Shown here piece after piece: positions 40,824 through 54,169 of a DNA stretch of 64,000 nucleotides. Each line of letters begins with the position of its first letter. Position 1 is the stretch's first letter. The notes beneath the pieces are model-generated. The model was not told where the DNA came from and did not search any database. It saw only the letters and a program-made list of their open reading frames with translations. Origin of the DNA: Octopus vulgaris (lineage: Eukaryota); contig OX597817.1 in the NCBI GenBank assembly GCA_951406725.2, positions 67,394,001-67,458,000 on the forward strand, in the 5' to 3' direction. Position numbers and translations under genes: made by a program.

Positions 40824-41516
40824 TTAAATAGGAGGCCAAAAAATATTCTGAAAAATTTATCAGTTGTTCCCTATTGTCACCTTTTTCTTCAGTTTCCCAC
40901 GAAAACTTCTGGTGTCTGCTTAGCGATAAATTACGTTTGTGAGGGTGAAATATCTTGTTCCATTCCGGTAGGCCAACAATACTGAAGATATTACTATTAG
41001 AGAAATAAACTCTAATCGAATTCAAAACTGATACTGTAAAGTCTGTAATTAATTAATTGTTTACCAGTGAATCGTTGTTCTGTTTATAGGTGTCGAAATT
41101 CTGTGTAGTTAAAACTAATATAATTAAAAATTAATGTAATATAAGACAAAGAAGTTCTCTTTGACCATTGTGAGACATATACGATTGGACAACGACCAAT
41201 TTCTATCAAGTTATATGAAGTTATCGTCTGATATATCTTTAACATCTTCATAAATTTATAAATATTGTATGAACAATATTTCATCAACGGAAAACAAAAG
41301 TGTTTATATTTCTCTACTTTAACAAACCTTCCCCGCCTTTAAAATATCAATATCATTCAAAATTTTTGAACAAATTTATTTCTTTTCTGTAGTCATAACT
41401 ACCATAAAACAGACACATATGCCTACGTTATTCAATCTAAATGAATTTTCCTCTTTTTTTTCATCAGCAGAATATTCTGGAACATCGAAACATTAAGAGA
41501 ATATATATTTCGTTAA

Positions 41517-41748
41517 TAAGGTGGCGAGCTGGCAGAATCGTTAGCACACTGGGCAAAATGCTTGGCGGCACTTCGTCTGTGTTTATGCTCTAAGTTCAAA
41601 TTCCGTCACGGTCGACTTCGCCTTTTATCCTTTCGGGGTCGATAAAATGAATACCAGTTGGACACACACATCGCTCAGTCTGAGATTCGAACCCGCGATC
41701 CCTCGACCACGAGTCCGCTGCCCTAATCACTAGGCCATGTGCCTCCGC
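41517..41748. mobile_element. SINE A (+, 41517-41662) joined to a group C SINE head (-, 41663-41748)
   Basis: Both consensus heads are recognisable in opposite orientation. Confidence 0.7.
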
Positions 41749-42092
41749 ACTGAATAACGTAGACCTAAAAAAAGAAAACAACATAAAAATAAATTGTTAT
41801 AGGTGTCTTTCACAACAGATTTGCTCGATCAGGTTTGACTTGGGATTAAACCAGAATTGCCAGATTGGGTAAAAAGTACTTTTGAGTACGGTATGCCACT
41901 ATTCATTTTTAAATTTAATTGACTTACAAGTTTAAAGTTTAATTTTTGATAATAAGAATGCCATTCAATTATCAATCAAAGAATTCGAATTGACTCACAA
42001 TTTATACTTGTGTGTGTGTGTGTGTGTTTGCGCGCGTGAGTGAGCGCGCGCGTATGTCTGTGTATCTTCAATTATTTTAGTTATTTCAGCTA

Positions 42093-42481
42093 CTAGCAGT
42101 ATCGCTCGGCGTTGGTCGGATTTGTTTCGACCCTTTAGAATTGGAATTTTTGAAAAGTAAAAATTTTGCATTATGTAGCTTGTTATTCTCTTTAAGTGAA
42201 CATTTTTCTGGTTGAAATACACCGAAAAATGGCGACACAGCAGTAAAAAAATCGTAAGAAATAGGGATTTTCATAGAAAAAACCCCCACCTTTTTGATGT
42301 AAATAATGTTTGGTGTTAACATTGTCCGATTTGAATTTTATCTTCTACGGAATGAAGAGTAAGCCTTCTAACATACTCTCAATTTTGGTCAACTTGTGCC
42401 GCAAGGTCTCGGAGGAGATAGTGTTAGTTGAAGGCTACCAAACATGCCACACACAGACAACTTCAGCTTTATATATATAGA
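42093..42481 (-). mobile_element. Non-autonomous Helitron (Lep1-like architecture)
   Basis: Minus strand A|TCTATATATATAAAGCTGAAG...CCGACCAACGCCGAGCGATACTG-CTAG|T: TC and CTAG termini, AT target, subterminal GC-rich hairpin. Confidence 0.85.
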
Positions 42482-42504
42482 TTAGATTGCAACCATTTTG
42501 CTGA

Positions 42505-42631
42505 ACAAATCGATCCCACTACTTATTTTTAGATTGCTACTTATCTTACAGTATCTTTTACCGAACCGCTATGATACAGAGATGTAAACTTACCAAGCAC
42601 AAGCACAAACACACACACACACACACACACG

Positions 42632-42685
<54 letters not shown>

Positions 42686-42905
42686 TACACATACACACAC
42701 ACACACACACATTGCAACAACACACACACATTTATACATAAACAGGTCTCTGACAGTTTCTATCTACCAAATTCACTCCCAAGTCATCTGTCAACCCAAG
42801 GCTATAGTGCTATGTAGAAGACACTTGACTTGCCTAAGATTCCGCGTTGAGAGACTGAACCCGGAACCTCGTGGTCGCGAAGCGTACTTCTTAACCACAC
42901 AGCCA
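42505..42905 (-). mobile_element. SINE group B, older, with internal (TG)n
   Basis: TTTACCGAACCGCTA, CTACCAAATTCACTC, GAAGACACTTG, CTGAACCCGGAACC, ACCACACAGCC. Confidence 0.8.
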
Positions 42906-43657
42906 TAGATAATTTAGCTGCAAATAGTACTTTCCCGGCATCTTTCTATTAAACGTTACATTTCGAAAATTTTGTACTACTTTTTATGGAATTCATCTCA
43001 CAGTTTAGTGCTGTACAACATCAAGATCCCCTTTATTTCCTATATTGTATGACTATTTCAATTGAAGGAGAGCTAGTTGGCTGACTAAGTATTTTCTGTA
43101 ATTTTTTCGCAGCTTTCGCTCATCCTCCTATCAGCTACTGTTTTTAACTTGTATATGTACTAATCTTAATAATCCCTTATTTTCCCAACATCCCTGCAAC
43201 GAACGTATAAAAAGATTTATTCAATCAACGCATTTTGTGTCTATTTTTTTTAGACTATTACACGCATACAACTTTATACACATGAAATATATATCAACAG
43301 AAATATGAACGACATTCTGTTGACAAATTCTCTCTCTCACTCCCTTTTTCGTTCTTACTCTCTCCCTCTCTCACCGTGTCTTACAATTTATCTTGCTATA
43401 TATGTGTGTGGATGTACGAGTGTGTGTGCATGTACGACCGCGCGTTCATATGTATGTAAATGTGTGTTTGTGTATGTGCGCGCGCGTGTGTGCGTGATTG
43501 GTATAACCACGACTGGTATAACCACGATGTTCAGGTGATCGGATGAGCTGGCTTTTTTTATCTGCATTGGTTTGTAAATATACATTTGTATTGTATAATG
43601 CAGAGGATGCATGTTAGTGCAAACATGTAAATATTATTTATCATAATAAATAATATA

Positions 43658-43908
43658 AATGCGCCCTTTTAAAGCCTAACCAGGCTCATGGGCCCGGTTT
43701 CCCGGTTTCTTTGGCGTATGTGTACCCCAGCTTGACGAGACGCCCGTCCATCGCAGCGTTACTCCTTTTTGCCAGCTGAGTGGACTGGAGCAACGTGAAA
43801 TGAAGTGTTTTGTTCAAGAACACAACGCGTCGCCCGGTCCAGGAATCGAAACCACAATCTTACGATCATGATGCTGACACCCTAACCACTAAGCCACGCG
43901 CCTCCACC
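43658..43908 (-). mobile_element. SINE group C (CORE-like body + tail T1)
   Basis: Minus strand GGAGGCGCGTGGCTTAGTGGTTAGG..GGTTTCGATTCC..CACGTTGCTCCAGTCCACTCAGCTGG..GAGTAACGCTGCGATGGAC. Confidence 0.85.
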
Positions 43909-45250
43909 ATTATTTATTATACTCAGAAATTATTATTACATGAAGAAGGTTGCGAAATGGCCATAATCCTAAAGATGACAAGTAGTTGAATAATACTCTC
44001 ATACCTCCTGACTTTTGATGTTCTATATTGTCGTTGAATGCTCAAAATGAGGAGTAGATAGATAGCCGACAACTGATGAAGGATCTTTTCTCTGTGTTCA
44101 CTTGTCCTGTTTTCCATTTTTTCTCGTTGTTTACGTATTTAACACGTTTGTTTACGTATTTCATGTTATTTGCACCGTTGGTGACGTCCTGTACCCATAT
44201 ACGTGTGTGTATGTGTGTGTGTGTGTAATTGATACATGTATATGTATTAATTGCAAGTACACGCTAACAAGAGAAGCACTTCAATAGATGCTGAAACCGT
44301 CAAGAAATAGCAACCAAATCTCCTTTAAAATACATATTTAACGCCTTTTTCTTTTTTATTATGAACATTCGTAAGTAAATATTCGATAATATAATCCAAT
44401 ATATACTTTGCTTGAAAATAAAAGACTGAATGATCATAGTTGGAACCATTTTGTTTTTAATACTATTTCTTTCGGGAAAACTGATTTAGTCTCAAAAACA
44501 ACAGATTAAAACAGTTATCAAAGCGCATCGCGAGTGGTTTAAAAGCTTATACACATTTCAGAATTGTAGAAAGGTTACACTCCTGAAAAAAATCTTGCAA
44601 TTATGTAACGGGGATTTTCAGAGCGTGATATTTGTTTTATAAGTGACTGCCATTCTATACAGAAGTCATTGAACATGGGACATGAATGGGAAAATAGGGT
44701 TCGCGTTATGGCTATTAGGTTTCGGCAAGGTTGTCCTGAGCGGAATGCTTCCGTAATACGGTTGATTCCTGTAATCATTGACACCTCTGCCATCATCATC
44801 ATCATCATCGTAGTCGTCTTTGTCATCGCCATCATCACTACCACCATCATCATATCCCTAGCGTTGAAAAAGAGTTGCACACCAAAAAAATCTTGCAACA
44901 AAGAATTTATTTTACCATGGACTGCCATTTCACGTGAAAGTCATTGGTAGGTAACACGGTTGGTTCCCTTAAGAACTGGCGCCTTTGTCATCACCATCAT
45001 CATCATCATCATCAATTTGATCTACCACCATCACCAACTCTCTTCATTATAAGATCGAAAGACGGTGATTTAAGATAAACGTTAGAACTACCCCACACTG
45101 AATAACTTCGTCCCTCTACGTCCTGTGATCAATTTTCAGTCAGAACCGACTTCTCTCATGCTTCCAAAGATTGATAAAAGCAGTAATAACATATATATAT
45201 TTAAGTTGCTTGGACAGCGAGTATCATTATATTGTGTCACTTAGGTTTAC

Positions 45251-45446
45251 GAGAGAGGGATGACCTCCCTTTGCAAATACCATAAGGGCACAGAAGTGTG
45301 CCTAAAGCCAACTGGAGACGATGATCTCCTGGAGCTAAAAGCTACAGTAACACCCACCCTTAGTGGTTAGCCATATTGAGATGGATAGTATACTTTACGT
45401 TGTCGAGCGGTTACTGTTTACATCTCGTTCAGAGATTTATTATTGC
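45251..45446 (+). mobile_element. Retrozyme-family fragment (conserved structured domain, no HHR)
   Basis: GATGACCTCCC..GCAAATAC..CCTGGAGCTAAAAGCTACAGTAAC..TTAGCCATATT..GTTACTGT..CAGAGATTTATTATTGC aligns to the 22-kb and 31.9-kb copies. Confidence 0.7.
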
Positions 45447-45752
45447 CATTATATTGTGTTCTTCCTTAAAATGACTCTTTCCACAATCTCATTGCATCCT
45501 CAACATGCCTCTTATCTCCCTTTATTCTTTCCTCTTCCTCCTCCTCTCTCTCTCTCTCTCTCTCTCTCCCTCTCTCTCTCTTTCATGCACTCTGCGCGTG
45601 TAACAAGGTGTAAAGAGTAATTTACGGTTATAAGATTAGATACATCCAGATTATATTATATCGCCTTTTTGTTGTGTGGCAGCTAAAACAAATTAAAATA
45701 TCCGTTATTTTACGCATACTCTGTAACGTCGCTGCTATATAATATTTATATC

Positions 45753-45787
<35 letters not shown>

Positions 45788-45932
45788 CCATCAACATCAT
45801 TATCGTCTATCGTCGCTGTCGTCGTTTTCTCCGGCAATATTCTCATCCGGCACATTGTAAACCACCAAAGCCACCACCACCACCACAACCACCACCACCA
45901 TCACCACCAGCATTATCATTATCATCGTCATG

Positions 45933-46144
45933 AAGGCGTCGAGCTGGCAGAATCGTTACCACGTTGGACGAAATGCTTAGCGGTGCTTCGCCCGTGGCTA
46001 CATTCTGAATTCGAATTCCGCCGAGGTCGACTTTCTCTTTCATCCTTTCGGGGGATCGATAAATTAATTACCAGTTTGAGTAGTAGGGTCGATGTAATCC
46101 CTTCCTCCAAAATTTCAGGCCTTGTGCCAATAATAGAAAGGATT

Positions 46145-46145
<1 letters not shown>
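45933..46145 (+). mobile_element. SINE group A
   Basis: Consensus match; tail runs into (ATC)n. Confidence 0.85.
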
Positions 46146-46199
<54 letters not shown>

Positions 46200-46864
46200 G
46201 TGTCGTCGTCGTTATTGTCATCGTTTTCCTCCTCCTCCTCCTCATCATCATCATCATTTTCATCATCATCTCCATCATCGCTGTCGATGTCGCAGCGTTC
46301 GCTGCTATCATTATCGGCGGGCTCATTTTAAACATCCACCATCGCTGCCACCACCACCTCTACCACTACCACCTCTACCACTACCACCTCTACCATTACC
46401 ACCTCTACCACCACCACCACCACCACCACCATCAGCATCGTCATTGTCCTTGTTATCATCCTCCAAAACGTCATCATCATCATCATCATCATTATCAGTA
46501 GCAACAGCAGCAGCAGCTACATCAAGAGTAGTGATAGGACCGTCATCATCATCATCGTCATCATCTTAATCATTAACGCAAACGATCGTCATCAATGTCA
46601 TTGTCATCATTATCTTCGTCTCAAACTCTTCAAACACGATGGCAAGAACTTAATTACTCACCTATTATTCCCTTCTTTGAATCCCTAGGCCATTGCATCA
46701 TACATTAACCCCTTTTTTTTCTGCGTCATCTTTGCCTTAATTACTGCTCCCATTGCGCCCTCACTGCGCACGCACGCACACACGCATACAGATACACGCA
46801 AGCACGCATACATGTACACTCACACATACATTTTCTGTATTTGTCTCTGTGTACCTATCTCACC

Positions 46865-46933
<69 letters not shown>

Positions 46934-46937
46934 TATA

Positions 46938-47012
<75 letters not shown>

Positions 47013-47296
47013 GTATATGTATATGAATATATATATATATACATACACAGACACATATACGTATGTATATGCATACATATAGATGTGTATATATATCTAT
47101 ATACATTTATATAATATATGTATATTTATAATATATTCATACACACACACACCACTTCAAACAATCTTTACATACATATTTATATATACATACATACATA
47201 CATACCTACATACATATGCATATATATATATATGTATGTATGCATGTATGTGAATATATATGTGTGTGTATGTGTGTCTGTGTGTGCGTGTGTTTG

Positions 47297-47358
<62 letters not shown>

Positions 47359-48171
47359 TACATATCAGTATCTTTGTCTTGCTCTCTTACCCCAGTACAC
47401 AAACAAATACGCACGCACACATACACACACACACACACACACAAACACAAGCGCTCGCACACACGCACACACACACCACACACATACATGCGCACACACA
47501 AATACACGCGCGCACTTGCACTAACACATACACACACAACGATCCCACATTTTTACATTCATACTCAACTCACACCACCACCACCACCACCACCACCACC
47601 ACCACCACCACCACCACCACCACCACCCGTCCTTAGCTGCACCAAAGTAATTGTTTCTGATATTACAGCTGCTGCAGTTATAGCAATAGTTTTCATTCTC
47701 ACTGTTTGTGTTATTTTCAATAGATACTCTTATTGTTCTTGCTGTTGTTGTGCTCGTTACAGTTTCTTCTTCTTCTTCTTCTTCTTCTGCCGCTGCTGCT
47801 GTATATCTTATATTTTATATCAAAATTTATTTATTTTGTTTGCCGCTTTTCCCATTATGGTGCAAAACAACATTGCAACACGCCAGCGTTGTTTAGTATT
47901 TCCTGCCGTCGTTCCGGATGCTAGACATAAACACCTTCTGTAATAACTACATAATTAATTAGCAACGTCTGATTGCAATACTGCAGAACTTCATTTATGG
48001 GTGCAAGGCAAGGTTATGTGATGAAGGAGTTCGCTTCACAAACTGTGCGATTCCTCGTTCAATTTCACTGCACAGCACCTTGAGCAAGTATCTCCTACGA
48101 TAGCTTCGGATCGACCAAAAGTTTGTTATTGAAATTTAGTATACGGGATCTGTGTGTGGTACCCCCATCGG

Positions 48172-48405
48172 AAAGGCGGTGAGCTGGCAGAAACGTTAGC
48201 ACGCCGGGGGAAATTCGTTGCCGTATTTCGTCTGCCGTTACGTACTGAGTTCAAATTCTGCCGAGGTCGACTTTGCCTTCCATCCTTTCGGGGTCGATTA
48301 AATAAGTACCAGTTACGCACTGGGGTCGATGTAATCGACTTAATCCGTTTGTCTGTCCCTGTTTGTCCTCTCTGTGTTTAGCCCCTTGTGGGTAGTAAAG
48401 AAATA
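48172..48405 (+). mobile_element. SINE group A, young
   Basis: 16-bp TSD ggtacccccatcggaa at 48158-48173 and 48406-48421. Confidence 0.93.
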
Positions 48406-48854
48406 GGTACCCCCATCGGAAGGAATGCCATGTATGTTTTTGGCCGGTAATCTTAATTCGTCACTAATTTTAACACTGCCAATATAGTCCTTAAGTGTCT
48501 TTAGCATCGTCTATTCTGTCTTAAACCACCGGGAGTACCTGAGAGAAAGTGCTACACGACAAATTAACTCTGGAAAGCAAAAACCACAATTGTAAAGGCA
48601 GAAAAGAGGAAGGAGACAGCATGTCTGTGAGCAAAGGTTTAAAGTGTATTGGTTCCCGATTTCGTACTAATTGGTCATTGTTGTGGGGGGGGGGGGGGTC
48701 TAATCTACAGAGTAATCTACTGTCACGCTCAAAATAAGTTCATCAAGCTACAGAATTGTCAGACAAGCTTCAGTCTTTGTAAAATTGAATATGATATATA
48801 AAATAAGGATGAATATACACGTACTTGTACGCGTTGAACCAAATGAATAATAAT

Positions 48855-49064
48855 ATTGGTTTCAAATTTTGGCACAACGTCAGCAATTTCGGGGGAGGTG
48901 GTAAGTCGATTACATCGATCTCAGTGTTAAACTGGTACTTAATTTATTGACCCTCAAATAATGAAAGGCAAAGTCGACCCCCAGAGGAATTTGAACTCAT
49001 AATATAAAGGCGGACGAAATGCCGCTAAGCATTTTACCTGGCGTGCTACTGATTTTGTCAGCTC
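48855..49064 (-). mobile_element. SINE group A
   Basis: ATGAAAGGCAAAGTCGAC..GAATTTGAACTCA..GCCGCTAAGCATTT. Confidence 0.8.
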
Positions 49065-49078
49065 TCAACCATACGCCG

Positions 49079-49153
<75 letters not shown>

Positions 49154-49507
49154 TGATGATGATGATGATGATGATGATAATGATAACGTAATATAAATAA
49201 GATATCGAATGTTTTGGTGCGGGACTTTTGAACTATCCAGTAGTATAATTGAATGCGTAACAGTTACACCCCGTGCAAGTAGTGGAAACAATAATCTACT
49301 CTAGACTCTATTTGAGTTTTGTTGAGAGTTAGTAGTTGTTGGAAGTGGGTGGTGAAGCATTTTCTGGATCTGAAGAGGAAAGGCAGTCTTTAAGGTGCTG
49401 TCTTTGTTGTACTGAGGATTTGTGTTCCCCAGGAGTAATTCTTAGTGACGGTGAGGTGTATCCTTGAGCAGTTTAATTGTTTGTTGTTCATATCTAGGTG
49501 TGTGGAT

Positions 49508-49555
<48 letters not shown>

Positions 49556-49715
49556 CAACCCACCTGTTTCGGAATCCTTACAAAAAGTCGTATATGCTAC
49601 CCTTTCTACTCTGAATAATTTATCGAAAAAAATAATAAATAAATAAGAACCCAGACAACTTACAACGAAAGACATTTTCACACAGGTGATTCTTATTTCT
49701 TTTCTCGATTATCAT

Positions 49716-50010
49716 ATCAGACGATCCATTTGTTGTTAGCAGCCGTTGCATGGAGGACTGGGCATGCCGTGGCTGAGGATGCGCAGATATTCGCTGAGGC
49801 TGCGACATTTCCAGCGAAACCTTAACGGTGAGCAGGTGTGGTTGCCGTTTGTTGAACGCTCTTTTCCGCAGCTCGTCTCCTTGACGGAGCTACAGTCCTG
49901 GATCAAGGGTAGACTGAAGCAGGGCGCTTGGCACCTAGAGTATCTCCAAGCGCTCACAGCCCTCGACCAATCGGGCAATGCGATCGGTGGAAGTTCCGCC
50001 TTTTTAAACT
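49716..50010 (+). pseudogene. L1/Tx1-clade LINE ORF2 fragment (post-RT region)
   Basis: IRRSICC*QPLHGGLGMPWLRMRRYSLRLRH...EQVW: the GGLG motif typical of L1/Tx1 ORF2 just after RT; GC-rich relative to flanks. Confidence 0.7.
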
Positions 50011-50550
50011 TGGTCATTCCCAGTAGAGAATTTAAAATCTGCTGGATCTCACTCATAAGGGAATCATACATTGTTTATAAACTCTATACTTGGATGGACT
50101 CATTTAAAACTCTGTTGGACTTTTAGACTTTACTCATAGGATATTGGAATATTGCATATATACCATTATGCCTAAAAAAATGGATTTACAACTTCAATAC
50201 CCATACATATCTTGCATCTATTTTCTTTCCTCCACCTCACTCTCCAGTCTGTATCACTTCTAAACTAACTATGACTTAACTATCCTCTCACACTGTCTCC
50301 GATGAAGGGATATAATTAATAAATATCCTAGAAACAGCTGCAAGACTTTCTATCTATAAATGCTCTAATATCTACACAGCCTTGGTTTTTTATCTTATTA
50401 CGCAAAAAATTCTTATATACACACGCTGACATAGAACCAACGTTGAACCCTTTAATCGCAATATTACCGAATCTGGAACTTAACTATTGTCTGTCTATAG
50501 CACTTATTCAGCATTACCTGACACCTTTGGGTCTCAATGACACCATTATC
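50011..50550 (+). mobile_element. Penelope-like element 3' remnant
   Basis: IRESYIVYKLYT and LTPLGLN resemble GIY-YIG C-termini (RESxWIxKLxTLxPxGLN); minimal HHR at 50295. Confidence 0.5.
50295..50346 (+). ncRNA. Minimal type-I hammerhead (CCGAUGA core; U16.1 mutated)
   Basis: GTCT-CCGATGA-A-GGGATAT-loop-ATATCCT-A-GAAA-CAGCTG-CA-AGAC. Confidence 0.6.
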
Positions 50551-50566
50551 TCTCATATATATATAT

Positions 50567-50629
<63 letters not shown>

Positions 50630-50863
50630 TATATCCATCTATATATGTGCATATATATATTAATATGTAAGTGTGTGTGTGTGGTATATTTCTAAAGAGG
50701 TGTCTAAATACTCGGAATTTTCTGCATATTTGTGAGACTCATTATTAATTTTACTCATTATCGCAATTTTTCTTAATTTTTTTCTACACGACCTTCCCTA
50801 TCATCATTGTATTCTTATTGATGATCATCCTTATAATTGTCATCATTATCTGATCACCAATAG

Positions 50864-50897
<34 letters not shown>

Positions 50898-51019
50898 TTC
50901 TTTTTCTTCTTCTTCTTCTTCTTCTTATTATTTTTTTCATTACTGTTGTTATTGCTAGCAACAACCACAGCTGTAGTAGTGGTGTTGGTGACGGGGGTAG
51001 AGGTGTAGGGTAAGTAGTT

Positions 51020-51067
<48 letters not shown>

Positions 51068-51528
51068 AATATCTTTTGATTTTCATTTCATCCTCAAGAA
51101 AAGATTATGATAAAAATGATTAGGGATGAAGATACGATACACACATACAGATACACAAACTCACACACAGACACATACATACGCACGCACACACACACAC
51201 ACACACACATGCACATACACACATGCGCATTCTCACACAAATGCAAACACACACACACACATGTCCACACAATAAACCACAGGTAGTTAATTTATTTTTC
51301 ATTTAATCATCAACAGATCATTAAATTAGAGATAGAGCACGGAGTGCGCATGTGCGCTAGCATGCACGCGTACACACACACACACACGCGCACACACACA
51401 TATATGCACACGCGCGCTCACACTGGAAATAGAGAAAATGGCATTCTCACCATCTCTGTTTCACTTTCTGTTCTTATTTATTATTGCTGTTGTTCTTTTA
51501 TTATTATTTCGTTATATGTATACCCAAC

Positions 51529-51945
51529 AAAGGCGGCGAGCTGGCAGAAACGTCAGCACGCCGGGCGAAATGCCTAACGGTATTTCGTCTGCCGTTACGT
51601 TCTGAGTTCAAATTCCGCCGAGGTCGACTTTGCCTTTCATCCTTTTGGGGTCGATTAAATAAGTACCAGTTACGCACTGGAGTCGATATAATCGACTTAA
51701 TCTCTTTGTCTGTCTTTGTTTGTCCCCTCTACGTTTAGCTCCTTGAGGGTAATAAAGAAATAGGTATTTCGTCTGTCTTTACGTTCTGAGTTCAAATTTC
51801 GCCGAGGTCGACTTTGCCTTTCATCCTTTCGGGGTCGATTAAATAAGTACCAGTTACGCACTGGGGTCGATATAATAGACTTAATCCGTTGTTCTGTCCT
51901 TGTTTGTCCCCTCTGTGTTTAGCCCCTTGTAGGCAATAAAGAAAT
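51529..51945 (+). mobile_element. Partially duplicated (dimeric) SINE A
   Basis: Second unit restarts at ggtatttcgtctg (51763-51775 = 51579-51591); outer TSD tataccc(a/c)aca. Confidence 0.88.
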
Positions 51946-52060
51946 ATATATACCCCACATTTTATGTCTGTCTTTGTATTGTGCCCTTCATCTTTCGCCC
52001 TGGCAGCAAATAAAAGAAATCATCATCATTAGTTGTAGTAGTAGTTGTTGTTGTAGTAAA

Positions 52061-52210
52061 GTGTGTCAATAGCCAGCTGGAGGAATTGTCTTCCTGGGCT
52101 ACAAGCTACAGTAGCAGCCACCCTGAAGGGTTAGCCACATTTAAGTGGCAAATATACTTCACGATGTCGTGCAGCTACTGTTTATACCTCGCTCAGAGAT
52201 TTATTATTGC
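52061..52210 (+). mobile_element. Retrozyme-family fragment
   Basis: AGCCAGCTGG..TCTTCCTGGGCTACAAGCTACAGTAGC..TTAGCCAC..GCTACTGT..CTCGCTCAGAGATTTATTATTGC. Confidence 0.7.
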
Positions 52211-52211
52211 T

Positions 52212-52252
<41 letters not shown>

Positions 52253-52480
52253 TTATGTGTCTGTGTCTTTGTGTCTGCATCTGTCCTCCACCCCACTATC
52301 GCTTGACAACCGATGTTGGTGTGTTTATGCCCCCAAAACTAAGAGGTTTGGCAAAACAAACTGATAGAATAAGTACTAGGCTTACAGAGACTAAGTCTTG
52401 GGGTTGATTTGTTCGACTAAAGGCGTCGCTCCAGCAAGGCCGCAGTCAAATGACTGAAACGGGTAAAAGATTAAAAGATA
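52212..52480 (+). mobile_element. SINE group B 3' half
   Basis: GCTTGACAACCGATGTTGGTGTGTTTA..GATAGAATAAGTACTAGG..TGACTGAAAC. Confidence 0.8.
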
Positions 52481-52558
52481 TATGTATGTGTGTTTAAATA
52501 AATAAATATATGTAAATAAATAAACAAATGTATAAATATATGTAAATACGCACGCACA

Positions 52559-52758
52559 GAGAGGACAAACAAGGACAGACAGACGGATTAAGTCGATTAT
52601 ATCGACTCCAGTGCGTAACTGGTACTTAATTTATCGACCCCGAAAGGATGAAAGGCAAAGTCGACCTCGGCGAAATTTGAATTCAGGACCTAACGGCAGA
52701 CGAAATACGGCTACGCATTTTGCCCGGAGTGCTAACGTTTCTGCCAGCTCGCCGCCTT
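52559..52758 (-). mobile_element. SINE group A
   Basis: Ends CTGCCAGCTCGCCGCCTT. Confidence 0.9.
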
Positions 52759-52782
52759 ATACAATGTTAAATACAGGGAATA

Positions 52783-53167
52783 GTAGGAGCACTCCGTCGG
52801 TTACGACGATGAGGGTCCCAGCTGATACGATCAACGGAACAGCTTGCTCGTGGAATTAACGTGCAAGTGACTGACCATTCCACAGACACGTGTACCCTTA
52901 ACGTAGTTCTCGAGGAGATTCAGCGTGACACAGAGTGTGACAAGGCTGGCCCTTTGAAATACAGGTACAACAGAAATAGGAAGAAAGAGTGAGAGAAAGT
53001 TGTGGTGAAAGAGTACAGCATGGTTCACCACCAACCCCTGCAGGGGCCTTGTGAAACTTTAGGTGTTTTCGCTCAATAAACACTCACAATGCCCGGTCTG
53101 GGAATCGAAACCGCGATCCTACGACCGCGAGTCCGCTGCCCTAACGACTGGGCCACTGCGCCTCCAC
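52783..53167 (-). mobile_element. SINE group C (body C1 + tail T2)
   Basis: 12-bp TSD atacagggaata at 52771-52782 and 53168-53179; head as 32137, tail as 21158. Confidence 0.9.
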
Positions 53168-53970
53168 ATACAGGGAATAAGAGAGACGGCAAACACGTTC
53201 AGAAAAGAAAGAAAAGACAAAACAATAAGACAGAACATCATATATAACTCATTTCTCTTTCTTTTTCCTTCATACTTCCAATAATTTCTCTCTAATTTCA
53301 TTGAAGCACACCCCCACCTCAAACAATTATTGTTTTCTTGCAATCCTTTGTCATCCAGACTAAAGTTAACATTTTTTTTCCTTTAAAAAGAAAAGACAAA
53401 TATAAAATTACGACGAAAGAAAAATACCACCACGTGAATAACCTGTCCTTCTCTTTCTTTCATATTTTTATTTGTTTTTCTTTTCTTATTTTCTTCCGTC
53501 TTTCCTTTACTTTCTATATTGTTTTACCATTATTTGTTCCTTTCTTTCATTTTTTTGTCTCTCCCTGATTCATGTAATACGCACACAGCACGAATATATA
53601 TGTACAAGCATACATACACATACACATTCACACACACACATATGTATATGCATAAATGTATGCATGTATGTATAAATAGATAGTTATATAGACAGAATGT
53701 TATACATATGTATACATATATGTATATACGCATGCTATGCATACATATGTAAGTATGCACACGCGCCCGCCAACACACAAGCATATATTTATGAGTAATG
53801 CAAAAATATTTATAAATATTATATATGCACACGAATATATAATCCGGTCGAGGTAGAATGAGAGCAACGTTTGAATGTTTTTTGTTTCGAACTTTCTAGC
53901 CACCATGTTTATTCATATATTCTATGTATATACGCGTATGAGTATGTGAGTGTGTATATATGTACGTGTG

Positions 53971-54007
<37 letters not shown>

Positions 54008-54137
54008 CATACATGCATGCATACATACATGCATACATACATACATACATGCATACATACATACATACATGCATACATACATGCATACATGCATACATAC
54101 ATACATACATACATACATACATACATACATACATACA

Positions 54138-54169
<32 letters not shown>

